Shown here one piece after another: positions 1 through 12,700 of a DNA stretch of 64,000 nt (its first letter is position 1; each line of letters opens with the position of its first letter). This DNA comes from Phyllosticta citribraziliensis (Eukaryota). The translations under genes were made by a program, and so were the position numbers. The stretch spans positions 1,364,001-1,428,000 of the forward strand of contig NW_027117341.1 of assembly GCF_038025025.1 (NCBI RefSeq), read 5' to 3'. Under the pieces are notes generated by a model. The model saw only the letters and a program-made list of their open reading frames with translations. It was not told the DNA's origin and did no database searches.

Positions 1-941
1 GAGTTGCCGGCGCTCGATTAAGGTTCAGGCACGCCTGACACATGTCCATCGATGCTGTCCCGAGGGATTGCACTCGCGTGATGAAGGGAAAAGCCAGCAG
101 AGCACGAGAATTGGAAATGAGCATTATCAAGCTTCAAAGAGCAAGATTGGGTATGCATAGCAGCAGCCCTTTGCGCAGATATGATGCGGCTCTGCCAACG
201 TTGCGATGATCACAGCATATTTCCGCCGACCAACAAAAAAATTCGGATGGAAATTTCCAGGTTTGGAGGACGGTACTCGGGCAAGCGTCGCCCGCCAGGA
301 GTTAGAGTTACTTGCCGTCGTGCTTTGATGCTGCCCAACCAGCACGGGACCAATTGGAAAAGCGGCAGACTCAATAGGGTTTTTTGACCCATGCTACCAA
401 TTCAACGCAACATCAACCTGAACCACGGATGGCCTGTTTCGACAAGTGTGATGGAGCGTTCCGACCCGTGTTCAACAGTCGTGCCACCACAATTCCCCTT
501 GATCAAAAACATCGTGGATTGCGGCTCATGCACATGTCTCGAGTTGCTATACTGTCCCATTTCTCGTGTCAGGCAGACAACATCGCTATCGAGCTACTCG
601 TCGTTCCGAAGAAGAAGCAGGTGTAACCCGGTATCCGCGACCCGCGACCTTCCATCTGCCTTTGGCATTGGGCAATGGTCTTTCCTTCTTATGCAGGTTC
701 GCGAAAGCCTGCTCGCGAGCCACTCAACGTCCAGCGCTGCTCGACGCTCTGTCGTACCAAACCTTCGGACTGAGCTTCTCGAAGCCAGCGTCGTTCTCTC
801 ATTGCTCAACCTACACCCTATATCCTCTTTTGACGTAACCTTACTCATCGTCATCATTATACTTCCTGCTTGCTTTCCTTGGCTCTTTCAGTCTGCAAAC
901 CTTTGGGCCAAGAACCACAGCAACGCTTCACGCGACTTCTC

Positions 942-3903
942 ATGCCATGGGACTCCCGTGCCGCGCCTGTTGTGCAGGAGACGCTTAGTAACGATTGCAG
1001 AATCATGCTGCATTCAGCCCGGGACCATCTGGCCGGACAATCGGTCCTGGAAGATTCGAACGAGGTCTCTGACGCGCCGCTCGACTTTCCCCTCAGCACT
1101 CCCGCGACATCGAGATGGAGCTACACGTCTCCTGACGAGTGCGATGGTTCCCAGGACCACGTCATTGACTACGCCGGCCTCTTTGCGCATTATGTTCAAG
1201 AAACTGGTCGAGAAGCCATCATGGACGGGACTGCCGACGAAACTGGGATATATTTTTCAGGCCACACTCGCGGAGCATCGGACGGCCCTTCGACTGTATC
1301 ATCGTCCGATCGCACGCATAGCGACTCTTCAATCCCTGAATCTTCCAAAACGTCTGCCGGGTCCTCGCTCAGTAGCATGGCTCGCAAGGTTGCGCGTCAT
1401 GCCGCTCCTGATATGAGATTGATAGATGTGGACAGAAGCGAGTGGGCGAGCAAGTTTTACGATGGAAGATACAGACGATGGAGCACCTCTAGCAGCAATC
1501 GCAACCAGTCCGACGAAGAAGAGGTATCTCGATCGACGTCTGCTACGGCCACCCAGTCAAACGTGGGCCGAACTACCCCGCCATCACCCTGGCCACTTCC
1601 AGATACGCCTTTGATGATGCGAAAGCCATCGACAGACGCCCTGGCAGCCCAAAAGGCAGGTGTCGCACCAATAGATTCACCTCCCATATTGCCACCCTCG
1701 ACTGATGTCACTACTCCGGGAAGCTTGAACACACTATCAAACAGCGGACCGACATCTGAGATAGCTCAGATAGACGAAACTTACTCGCCGCTTCAGACTT
1801 CGGGCCATTCGTGGGACAGTGTTGAGAAGCAAGACACAAAACCTGTGTCAGGAAAACGCCCTCGGCCTAGTTTTCCGCGGTGGAAATCTCACAGAAGCCA
1901 GAAATCAAGAGACACAATACGCAGCAGCGGGCATTCGGATCCGCCTCTGAGCCCGTCTCTCAGCCCACCCTTAAGCCCAAACAAAGTGGAAGAAGACACG
2001 GCAACAGCGGTCCAGATGAAAAAGGTGACTGCAACACAGCTTTATCAGCAAAAGTCAAGGCGCTCATTGAAGCGTTGGCTGTGGCCTGGGCCCTTGTCGG
2101 CGAGTGATGCGCAAAGCATTGGGGAGGTGATCCAACCTCAGGAAGTGCAGGCGTTGAACCCTGCGGAAGGCTTCACTCAAGGTACGGATCACAACCGTTA
2201 TGTAAAACTCGTTCTAACACCCCTCAGCCGATGCGCTACCTCATTCGAAAGCACTGGTACCTCTTGCAGGCCCCGAGTCGCCTACGCGCGTACGGCGCGA
2301 CCGACTGCTGTCGCCACTCAACTCGTCACATCCCAGCGCCTCTCAGCCTCCTATGGCTGGACGTGGCCATGGCTTTGTACCTCAGACTCCCGATCTTTTC
2401 ACACCTTTTTGTCGGATCGATCGACGCGAGCGGACGTCTTATTTCAAGGTTCCGGAAGAGCTCGCCAGGGTCGACGTCGACATCAAGGAGGACGCCAAAG
2501 AAGACGCTCAAGAGGACGCAAGGCGATACTACAGTCCCGATTTCATTGGCAGCGCTTTGGGAGGACTCTCACCACCCGGAACTCCTGACGAGTCACCAGA
2601 GAAGTCAGAGCCTAAGAAGCAGCCCCAGTACTTTGAGTACACGGCTCGCTGCGGGACAGTCCGCAATCGCACCTTCCCCGCTGGCTTCTCCCCCCCAGAT
2701 ATCACGCCGATCTCACCACACACCAAACGCGCAGGCTTTGTGCTCGACGCCTTTTCCACTCAACAACCCTCACCACCACCTCCTGCACCACAAACCCCTG
2801 CCCTGGGTGCAAATCCGGTACGTCCGCCGCGCATCCGCCGCCAGGTGGCAGCCGCCTCGTCAGGGCACTGGGACTCGGACGCCGTCCTCATGTCACAGCC
2901 AGACATGACGACGCCGGACGAGACGACGTCAGAAGAGCCAATCAGCTACATGTACCCGTACTCGCCCTCTCGCTCGACGAGGGCCAGCACTGCAACGACG
3001 ACATCGCTTGCTACGGCCAATACATCGGCAACCAGCAACACGGCAACGACAAACGCCACGGTGCTGTCCGATGCCACCATCAAGCCGCGGCAGTCGACGT
3101 CATCAATAGCGACCTCGTCGACCACGACGGCACTTCCTCGCACCTCGATCACGTCTTTCCATCGTCCTCTCTCCTCTCCGCACCGCAACAGCACCGGCAA
3201 CAGCACGACCGCCAACTCGCCTTCGTCCCCTTCCAAACCCACTCCCCCCGTCACCCCCGGCAAAACAGCCAACACGGCGCTGCGCCGCGTGCGCCGCGAA
3301 TCGACGCGCAGCGAGGCGAGGTCTTTGCCCGAGTCCACATACACGGCGGGCTCGACGGGGAGCGGCGGCACTTCTAGTAGCGGCCCGCCCAAGCCGCGCG
3401 ATTGGTTTCGCGTGAGAATGGATCAGATCATGGCGGACGACGTGGGAGGTGCGGCGGTGGGCGGGATAGCACAATTGCCCCCGCCTTCGCCTGTTCCCCC
3501 AGCCGGTGGCAGTAGTCCTAGTGTTGGTACTGCTGCTGGTGTTGCTGCTGCTACCGCTACTGGTGCTGTTGGCAGCGACCACGCGCCTCCTCGCTCGCTG
3601 CGCAGCACGCACTCCAACGAGAGCACCCACAGCCACAGCCACAACCACCCGGCCACCCAACACCAGCATCGCGACGGCCGCGCTCCAGCTGCTGCGGGGG
3701 CCAGCTCGACCAGACCTGTCGCGCACACGGCGGCGTCGGCGGGCGATGTCGTCGGCGGGCCCGAGTTCGTCTGGGACGTGCCCGAGCACCTGCCCGGCAG
3801 CCCGCTGTGCCCGCTCTCGCCGAAGCATCGCGGGGGCGGCAGGGGCATTTGCGTGTATCATGGGCGGCGCAAGACGCAGCGCACGGCGGAGCTGATGTTA
3901 TGA
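942..3903 (+). CDS. Hypothetical Ser/Thr/Pro-rich, largely disordered protein with a Cys/His-containing C-terminal motif (start uncertain)
   Basis: ORFs 870-2588 and 2353-3903 join in frame through a 46-nt intron at 2182-2227 (GTACGG...CTAAC...CTCAG, phase 1). First in-frame ATG is at 942. The C-terminus reads FVWDVPEHLPGSPLCPLSPKHRGGGRGICVYHGRRK. Confidence 0.7.
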
Positions 3904-6900
3904 CAATGAGCGGGGTGGTGGTGGGGCGGAAAGAGGGGCGGTGGTGTTTGATATGTGGGTGGGTTGGTAGGTTGGTAGAGGAGAAAAGTTAGGGAAGTGG
4001 GTAGATAGCCAGCCGAGTACGCATGTCAGGAGTAGACTGATGGGAGCGCGCGTGTCGTGGAAAAGCACCCACTGTAGGCGGGGCAGAAGGGGCCGATACA
4101 TACGGTAGCAGCAGCGTTGACGACGGGCTTGACATGATCGACGGGCGTGGTAGGTAGAGAGATGTGTGCAGGTGTGTACGCGTCGCTTGGATGGACGAAT
4201 GAACGAACGCACGACCTGACGAACTCATCGAATGACGCAACAAACAAAAGGGTTGGTTAGTTGATTGGATATAAATTTACCACGCCTTCCGTACGTGTGA
4301 TGCTGGATTGACTGACTGAGTGGTGAGAATTGTCGTGGAGTATGCCTAATGTGGTGGTCTGTTGGTCTGTACGGGGTTGTCTGTCTCGTGTGTAGACAGT
4401 CGTCTACGCTAATACGACGGCGAGCGTGTATGCAGACTATACGTACGCACAGAATGTGCTGAGATGTGGTGCCCAGTCGCCCAGCCCTGTTGTTTGTGTT
4501 GGGGTACGATTGCTGGCTGGCTGGCTGGCTGGCTGGCTAGCTGAGCCTCCGCGCCTGTGTGCAGAGAAACTAGATAGGCGATGGATTGGCGAGTTGAGGC
4601 GGACAGGGTTGCTGAGGGGAGAAGACGAGGGAAGGGAATCAAAGGGCCGAGAAGGGGGAGAGGGAGAAATAGGCGGCGTGGAGTAAACAGAAAAGTCGTG
4701 AACGATTTATTCCTTGATACTCCTTTCGACACTTATTTTCGTGTCGTCTTTGATTTCTGCCGTTTTGGGTGTGAAGATGACGTTGAGATGTCTCTTTGTG
4801 GGCTTGTTACCATTTTTTTTCTTTCCATGCACGCGTTGTAGCTATTTGTGTTCGTTTCATGGTGGCTGATCTCTTTCTCGCTTTCCAGTGTCATTCTCTG
4901 AGGGAATATAAGAAGGGGTGTCTACCGCCTGCTCTCTACGACCGGCATCACACGGACAGACAAGCAGCGCCGCACGCAATAATGGCCAGGTGGGTCCCTA
5001 CCTTACCAACACCTCACGCCAACTCTCATGCGCAGACACGCCTTTCCTCTCTCATGCACTAGCTGTCTACTCCCTCTACTCCCCCCCATCTATCTGTCTA
5101 TCCATCGCTCAGAGCTCAGCGGCTCAGCGCAGCACAGCACAACCCAGACACGCACAGCACAGCAAGGGACCACACGTAGTCGCTACCTAGGTAGGTGAGC
5201 GTAGCCGCCTGGGTGCTGGCCCCGTGTCACACGCGCCGCACCCATCAATTTATGGGGTGCGTATCCAGTATCAGTATCCACTTTCCCAGCCACCACTGTG
5301 CTGTGCACACACAGCGCGCTGCCTTGCCTTGCTGATGGCGTGCGAGCGTGTCGGAAATATTGTGGCAGGCAGGCGGTCAGCAACACGACTTGCAGCGACT
5401 CGTGAGACGCAGCGTGTGGGGGATTGATTGATTGATTGACTGCATTGTGGGGAGGGAGGGAGGAAGGCGAGAAGAAGGAAAGTGGGTGCAGTGCGTATGG
5501 GGAGCAGTCAATCAACAACAGACAGGCAATCAGTCAGTCAGTCAAGTCAGCGTCAGACGGAAAAGGCAAGGGAATCAGTAGGCAGGCAGACAGACACGCA
5601 GTCGAGTAGTGAGTGGTCGAGTACGACGCAGACAGTGGGACGCGCGGCGAAAGACATGATCATCCATCGCATTCGATCCCTCCCGCGTCGTACAGCTCTC
5701 AGCCAACACGAACCCGCGAAAAAAACATCGCCGCCGGGGAAACAGTCAGAAAGACGAGCAGTCTAGCCAATCCAGTAGTGCCCACTGGCCTTTTCCAGAC
5801 GGGGGCATGGCGTGAGCGAGGTCGTATAGACGGAGCAGCGGGGAAAAAACGAGCGCGTTGCTGACGCGCCCGTGTTGTTGGCGAGCGCCCGGCCAACACG
5901 AGACTTTGCTGCTGCCGGGCCCGCTTTGGGCGACGCGCACATGGTGATGTAGCAGAGGTGGTCGGTCGGAGAGTTGCGCGGTGCCGATGCAGCGTCGTCT
6001 GCAGGCGGGAGCGGAAGCGGGTGTGTGGGTTTTGGTTTGGAGAGCGGGCAGCGGGCGGTCGGCGCACGGACAACGTTTGTTTGTCTCGACCGCCCGGGAC
6101 GATCGACCTGAGGGAGTCGCCTCCCTGCGCCCTGCGGGCGCACACATGGCAGGTTGCGGGCATGCAGCGCCAAATGGGGATCCGGGGCCGTACGCGCGAG
6201 GGCGTAAGCCGGTTAGGAAAAAAGCTAGAAGACGGTCATGATGTTTGCAAGGCTGACTAGTAGCAGCGGCAGCAGCTCCTACTGCTGCATGTTTTGCGCG
6301 TTCTGCGGAGGCGGGTGTCGATCCCCTCACGGGCGGGAACTGCCAATCCTTGTCTTTGGCTTCTGACGTCGCTGCTGACAGTCTGACGTCGAGACTTGTG
6401 GATTTTCGGCTGACTACTGAGGACGGACTCGGCGGTGAGGTGGCGGATAGCAAAGCTGGAGCCACTTCGTCTCACGATTCGCTAGTTTCCTGATGGTTTG
6501 GTGGGTATACGAGCGCTGCCACCACCGAGGCCCAATTCTTGCCCCTGGGCTTGGGATCTTGGTGGGCGGCGGGAGGAAGCAAATGCACCTGCGAGCCGCG
6601 TCATCGAGAGTGGATGGATGGACAAAGAGAGTTGGGACAGGCAAGTCTGATTTGTGGTGAGAGAGAGCATCCGGGTAGGCCGGCAGCAAACAGGCTGTTG
6701 GGCTGAATGTGATGCAGGAATGGTTGAATTCTTCGTCAAGGCAAGCGGATGCAACAAGCCCAGCCAACGGGCGGCGAACTATCAATTTACCTTTTTGGGT
6801 TAGCAGGACAGTGGTCCAGATAAGGTTGTGAGGGGAAGTATTTTTGGACCCACGACAAAGAGAAACCACGGCGCTGGAAAGAGGCACTGTGCCAATCAGA

Positions 6901-8135
6901 TTAGATTCCTCAGGGCCATGGCGGCAACAATGCCAAATGCGACAGGTGTTGGGCGGAATAAAGCGGAGGGGGCGGCAAGTGTCGACAACAAGCATTGAAT
7001 TCTTGAGGGGTAGGTGTTGATGACTGTGGTAAGGTCCGTTCCTGTGCCAGTAGTGGAGGGACCGGGAGGGGCTCCCTGGTCGATCATGTGACCGGTAAGC
7101 ACGACCGACCGGGAATCGACCGCACATCAACAACCGAACGGCACTACGGCCCAGACCATCCACGGTACATCTGATGGCGGCAAAGGGACCCGGGCGCCGG
7201 CAAGTTGCGAAGCTGATGTTGCGATCATCAATAACGAGGTCCTGCGATGAATCGAGATGAGCGCTTGAGCGGGCAGATTGGTCTCGGAAAATCAATGGTC
7301 CATATTGAGCCAGTGCGTCGATAGATGACATGCATTTCCGCTGAACAGAGAGGACACCCACTCAGGGCAGCCTTGGCAAAAATGGGACCTCTGACGGCGG
7401 ATGGGGCTAGTTTAGCAGGTGAGCGGCGGATTGTTAGGTTGGTGTTGGTGGCAGCCCGACTGGACAGTTGGTGCTAAATATGGACGAGCAGAGGCAAAAA
7501 CGGACGACGAGTTCAAGGCGTCGTCGCGGCTTGGCGGCGAAGATCCGGAATGGAATGTGCAGCGTTTGGCCTCGCGGGTGCAGTGCGGATGGGGAATCTT
7601 GGAGATCAGCCGGGCGTCGGGTGAGCGAGGCCAGTTCCTGACTAACGATGCAAACCACGGGTTGCCCGCATTAAGACGGCGGCCTGGGCTGGGCTGGGCT
7701 AGGGGAGCGCTACTGGACGTTGCATCACGACATCTGACGGCCGTTTCGCTGGACGGGAGAGGGAATGATGAATGTTTGCAGCGGCGGAAACAATTGGAAG
7801 CGAGAGGGGCCGGCAGAGATGAAACGGCTGCAGCTGAAGACACGGCGAGGCAGGAAATAAAAGAAAAATAGGCACAGCGCAGTAATGGCCTGGGCTGGCC
7901 ACGTACCACGGGCGGCAGTTGACAGCCATTGACAGGTCTTTCACAAAGGCACTTGTGCACGACTCGCGCCCGGCGAGAGGGTGAGACGGGCGGAGATTGA
8001 CTGTGCGACGGGGAAATGGAGACGATCCCATGGCCGTCGCGTGCAGTGATGGTGAAGATGCGTCGCTGCTAGCCAACACCAAAGATTCCTAGCCTGGCCA
8101 TGGTCTTGCCCTCCAAGGCTTGGTGGTGACATGTC

Positions 8136-8172
<37 letters not shown>

Positions 8173-9549
8173 TGTCGTCGCGCAGTGTGCGGTCAGGTCA
8201 CTGGTCTGGCTGGCGGATTCGCCCGATTGGCCTCGGCGTCTTGACCCTTGATGCGACGCGTTTAATTTCGCACAGGCCTCCATCCCTGCCTTCGCAGGGG
8301 CCCCATGATCCATCGCACTGCCACTGGCAAACGCCCGTTTCCTCCTCTCACGCTCCACCAGCTCAGGTCGAGACCACACACCACAAACCCCCAAATCCTG
8401 TCCCATCAGGTCCCATCCCATCCCGCAGCTCCTCACCGCTCGACCGCAAGCCTCAGCGCTCTCCTCCTCCACGACGCCCTCTCGCTCGCTCGCTCGCTCG
8501 CTCGACCGTCTTCTCTCCCCCACGCCAATTCTCCATCTCCTCGCGCCCGTCGCTTCGCCGTCGCCTGCTGCTCCAGTCTCCACTTCCTCCGCTGTGCTCT
8601 ACGGCCTGCCTAGTTATTTTCAGACAATCCACCGCTGCTGGGCGACGCTTTGTGCAAGCCTTTATGCACGCCCATTGCTGCTCGAGCGCTGCGTCCCTGC
8701 TTTGCGCCCGGGGCGTGCTGCTGCTCCTGTGCTCTCGCTTCACCTAGGCCCCAAGCCGGCCGCATCCACCTCCCTCCCGGCTGCCGCCACGAACCTCACT
8801 CCTCATCTCGTTCCAAACACCACACGCTCTCTCCCCCCCCCCCCCCCGTGTATACATCGACAAGCCCCGACCGGTCATCTTTGGTTGTCGACCTTTCGTC
8901 AACCACGCCGCCGTCGTCTCCACCCCCCCCTTCTCTCCCTGGCGAGACTTTCCTGGGTGTGCCTCCAAAAAAAGACCGACTCCACGCTCCTTGATCGTCC
9001 CTCCGATTCCAAGCGAATCCCCTCCACTCGTTTCTGTCTGCTTTGGTCTGCTTCAATTCTTTTCGCCTGAACATAATTGTTGCTCCCATCCCTCGCGCCG
9101 CCCGGACGACTGCTTCCCCACGTTCCTTGACTTTGCTCAACCCTCGGCCAATCCACCTCTGCTCCCCTTTTCCGCTTCTTCAATAGTCGCGTTATCGGAG
9201 CCTTGACCGTTTGCGCGTTCGCCGGCCCGTACGAGTCGTGGAAATTAATCAATTGCCAACTTTTGGGGTCGCTTTGTTCATTCGTGGTCGAGAAGCCTTC
9301 CTCTCCGCCGCGCCGAGGATTTACTGGACGCCACGACCTGTCGCCATTGTCGCTCGCAAACAAAGCACCGTTGCGCGCCTGTCCCTCGACGGTCTGCGAC
9401 GTGACTTTGGCTTGACCCGACCCTTCGGCCGTCCACGTTCCTTCGCATCAATCGCTCGCGCTCGCAGGATGGTCTTCTGAGCATTGTAAAGTTTCCCGTA
9501 AACTCACTGCCATCTTTGCGCACTGGATTTGGTGACTGGATTCAGTCAG

Positions 9550-9598
9550 GTACGTCGCTGCTTTTGATCCACCAGATACCATGCTGATTTGGACTCAG
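9550..9598 (+). other. Probable 5'-UTR intron of the MSB2-like gene
   Basis: CAG|GTACGT donor, GCTGAT branch-like site and CTCAG acceptor; 49 nt long, ~175 nt upstream of the ATG at 9773. Confidence 0.55.
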
Positions 9599-9772
9599 AT
9601 ACACTCCTTTTCTTCATAGTTTCACTACACTCGTTTTTACATTCAGAGACAGTCGGTCATACCCACCCACCAGCCTCATACGACGAGTACTGACCGGCAG
9701 CAGCCAAAAGTCATCTTCGTTCATCATCTAGTCGTTGCTGAGCATATCTGTATCATACTGGAGTAATACGTC

Positions 9773-12700
9773 ATGAAGGTAGATTCTCTGACATGGGCCG
9801 CCATTGCCCTGTTGTCGTTTCAGGGGGTCGTCGCCGAAGCCGCACCCGCTCAAGCTAGGAGGGACGCTCCGAAAAAGCCAAAGTACTATTTTCCGAGACA
9901 TGTCAAGCGTTTCACCAACACCACGACGCCCATCTCGACAGCTCCCGAGACCAATCCTCCGCCTACGACGAACCCGATTCAGACTTCGCGAACCGACCTT
10001 CAATCCATCTTGGAGAGCCTGTCGAAAACCGAGTTGGCCAGCATTCTGTCGAGCACACCAGCGTCGACTCCGACGCCACCTCAGCCAGAACCCGTCGTCC
10101 CAACGTCGAGCGTGAATTCCACCACTGAATTCGTCATTCCCGGGACTTCTGGAACCTCGACAATCATCGACCAAGCGTCCACGAATCAGGTCTCGCCCCC
10201 GGCAACTACTCCAGCCATATACACTCCGACTCCAACGACACCCATTCCCACGACTTCCACTCCGACCCCTGTAGAGACTTCTCCTGTATCGTCTTTCTCT
10301 GGGACCGGTAGCGCTAGCGTGCCCGTTATCCAACCGACGACGCCCAAGGAAGAAGAATCGAAGACGACCCCGACTGGTACTAGCACGCCCGTCAACAGTC
10401 CTCCGACTTCGTTCGTCGGCACCGGTAGCGTCACCGTTCCAGTTGTCAAGCCCACCCCGGAAGGATCTTCGACATCGGCTCTAGGTACCCCCGAAACTCC
10501 CAAGTCTTCCGTCACAGGAACCGGTGGCGTGTCTATTCCCATCGTCCAGCCGACGCCTGCGACCCCAGAGTCGTCTACAACTCCTACGCCAAAGGCCTCG
10601 TCTACGACCGGCACAGGAGGCATCCTGCAGCCCATCTTGACTCCCGTGGAAAGTCTCTTGGGCAGCAGCGGCATCGTTTCTCCTGTGACGAGCTTGCTCG
10701 GTACTGGTGGCATTTTGAGCCCAGTTTTGCAGCCAACTACGTCTTCGTCCCCCACTCCGGTCGAGACCAAGCCTGGCGAAACGAGCAAATCGAGCGCCGT
10801 TGGAACTGGTGGGGTCTCTAGTCCCACTGTTCTCCCTACGACACCCTCGTCTCAGACCCCGGCGATCGTCCCCACCCCTGGAACATCTGCAACAGGTACC
10901 GGCGGTGGCAATGTCCCCATTGTGCAGCCCACGAGCGGGGCCCCGTCGGTGCAAACACCAGGAAAGCAGTCTTCCACCGGCACTGGCATCATTGTTGGCC
11001 TTTCGACCATCATTGACAGCAGCAGCAGCAGCAGCAAACCCGGCACGCCTGGAACGCCCGCTCCGCAGGTTCCCCCCACTCCTACGTCCAGCTCTTCAAA
11101 TGGAGGAGGACTTCTTGGTGGCCTGACTTCTGAGCTTGGCAACGTGGGTACTGGCCTGAATTCTGTGCTCACGCCTCTGGCGACGCCGCTTGGTGGTTTG
11201 ACGTCAGAGATTGGATCTGTCGTGTCTCCTTTGACCTCAGAAATTGGATCCATCGTTACCCCCATTGCGACGCCTTTGTCGTCCCTCGTTGGGTCTGCGG
11301 GATCTGCCATCGAGTCGATTCTTACACCATCGAGCAAGCCTGCCGCCGCGACTCCTGGCCCTGCCACTGGTGCCACTGGTACCGAGACGAACGTCACGGC
11401 TCCCACTCCTGCGCCCACGTCGAGCGAGGGCCTTGGAATCATTCCCTTGCCTCTGACCAGCGAGCTGAGCTCCATTTTGTCTGGCGTCAACAGCATCGTC
11501 ACGAGCGCCGGCACTATCCTCACTCCAATCCTTTCTCCTCCGCCGGTTCCGACAGAGACTCAGGTGACGCCGTCCAGTATCGGATCGAAGACCACAGGCT
11601 CCCCCGACCTGCTCTCATCGCTCCTCGGAACCCCGTTGGTCTCGCTTCCGCTTCCACTGCCCACGACTCCAATCATCCCGCTCAGCTCGCCGACGACCGT
11701 CGACCTCTCGTCGCTCCTGTCCAGCTTGACTGAAATACCTGCCTCGTCTCAATTCACCCCTTCGTCGCAGCCCAAGCCAACACCAGTTCTCACCCCAACT
11801 CTTGTCAGCCCCGGCATTTCAACCAGCGTTACTCCTTCTGGAACCGCGCCTGTCATTTCACCCACTGAGACTATTACGCCTACAAGCACCAAGCTGCCGT
11901 CTCCCCCAACTACTCCCATCATAATTCCAACCGTTCCCTTTTCGGAGACTTTGATCACGCCAACCCCAACTACGGTGTCCAGCTCCAGCTCAAGCTCTTC
12001 GGCTGTGGTAGTCGTTCCCCCGGTCCAGACCTCCTCTTCGGTTGAGGTTCCGTCAACGACGCTGGCCCCCACCACCACCAGCCCGACCACCTCTGCCACT
12101 CCGGTCTACTCAATCGTTCCCACGGGCACGGACAGTGCAACCACCTATACCGTTGCCACCAGCATCGTCTTCGACCCCTCGACTACGGGTACATCCTCTG
12201 CTGCACCTTCGTCCACGTCTACCGTCTACCCCAAGTTCATTGCTCCTCCAGGAGGCATGCCGGAGCAGCCGGCCAACAGCACCGAGATCCAAATTGGGTT
12301 CAAGCGCGGTTTCAACTGGCCGTTTGTTGTTCAGCACGCAGACACGACTGGATGGCAACTTACCACCTACATGCCCATTGCTGTTGCTGATGGTTTGGGA
12401 ATTTCTCGGGACAAGGTCAAGACCGTCACTCTGACTTCTTACAACACTACGGAGAAGCTGGGCTACGTGTCTACCTTGGTCCTGATGTACATTCCGACCG
12501 AGCTTGTGGACACGCTCCACCTCGATCTTTTGAACACCAACTCGGCCATCTACAACAACAAGGACGCTTCGCTAGGGGACACCATCAACTTCCTGTGCAG
12601 CTTCATCGACCCAACGTTCCCCATCCTCGCCGGCGATTTGAGCGGCCTCACAGGATCGGGCAACTCTGGCAGCGGCTCCTCGTCTAAGAACGGTGGCAGC

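Noticed and set aside
870..3903. Apparent frameshift or overlap between ORFs 870-2588 and 2353-3903
   Set aside because: Fully explained by a canonical 46-nt intron at 2182-2227
5699..9070. Many 100-300 aa ORFs in the MSB2 upstream region
   Set aside because: Mostly non-ATG starts with low-complexity Arg/Pro/Ser composition, as expected by chance in GC-rich non-coding DNA
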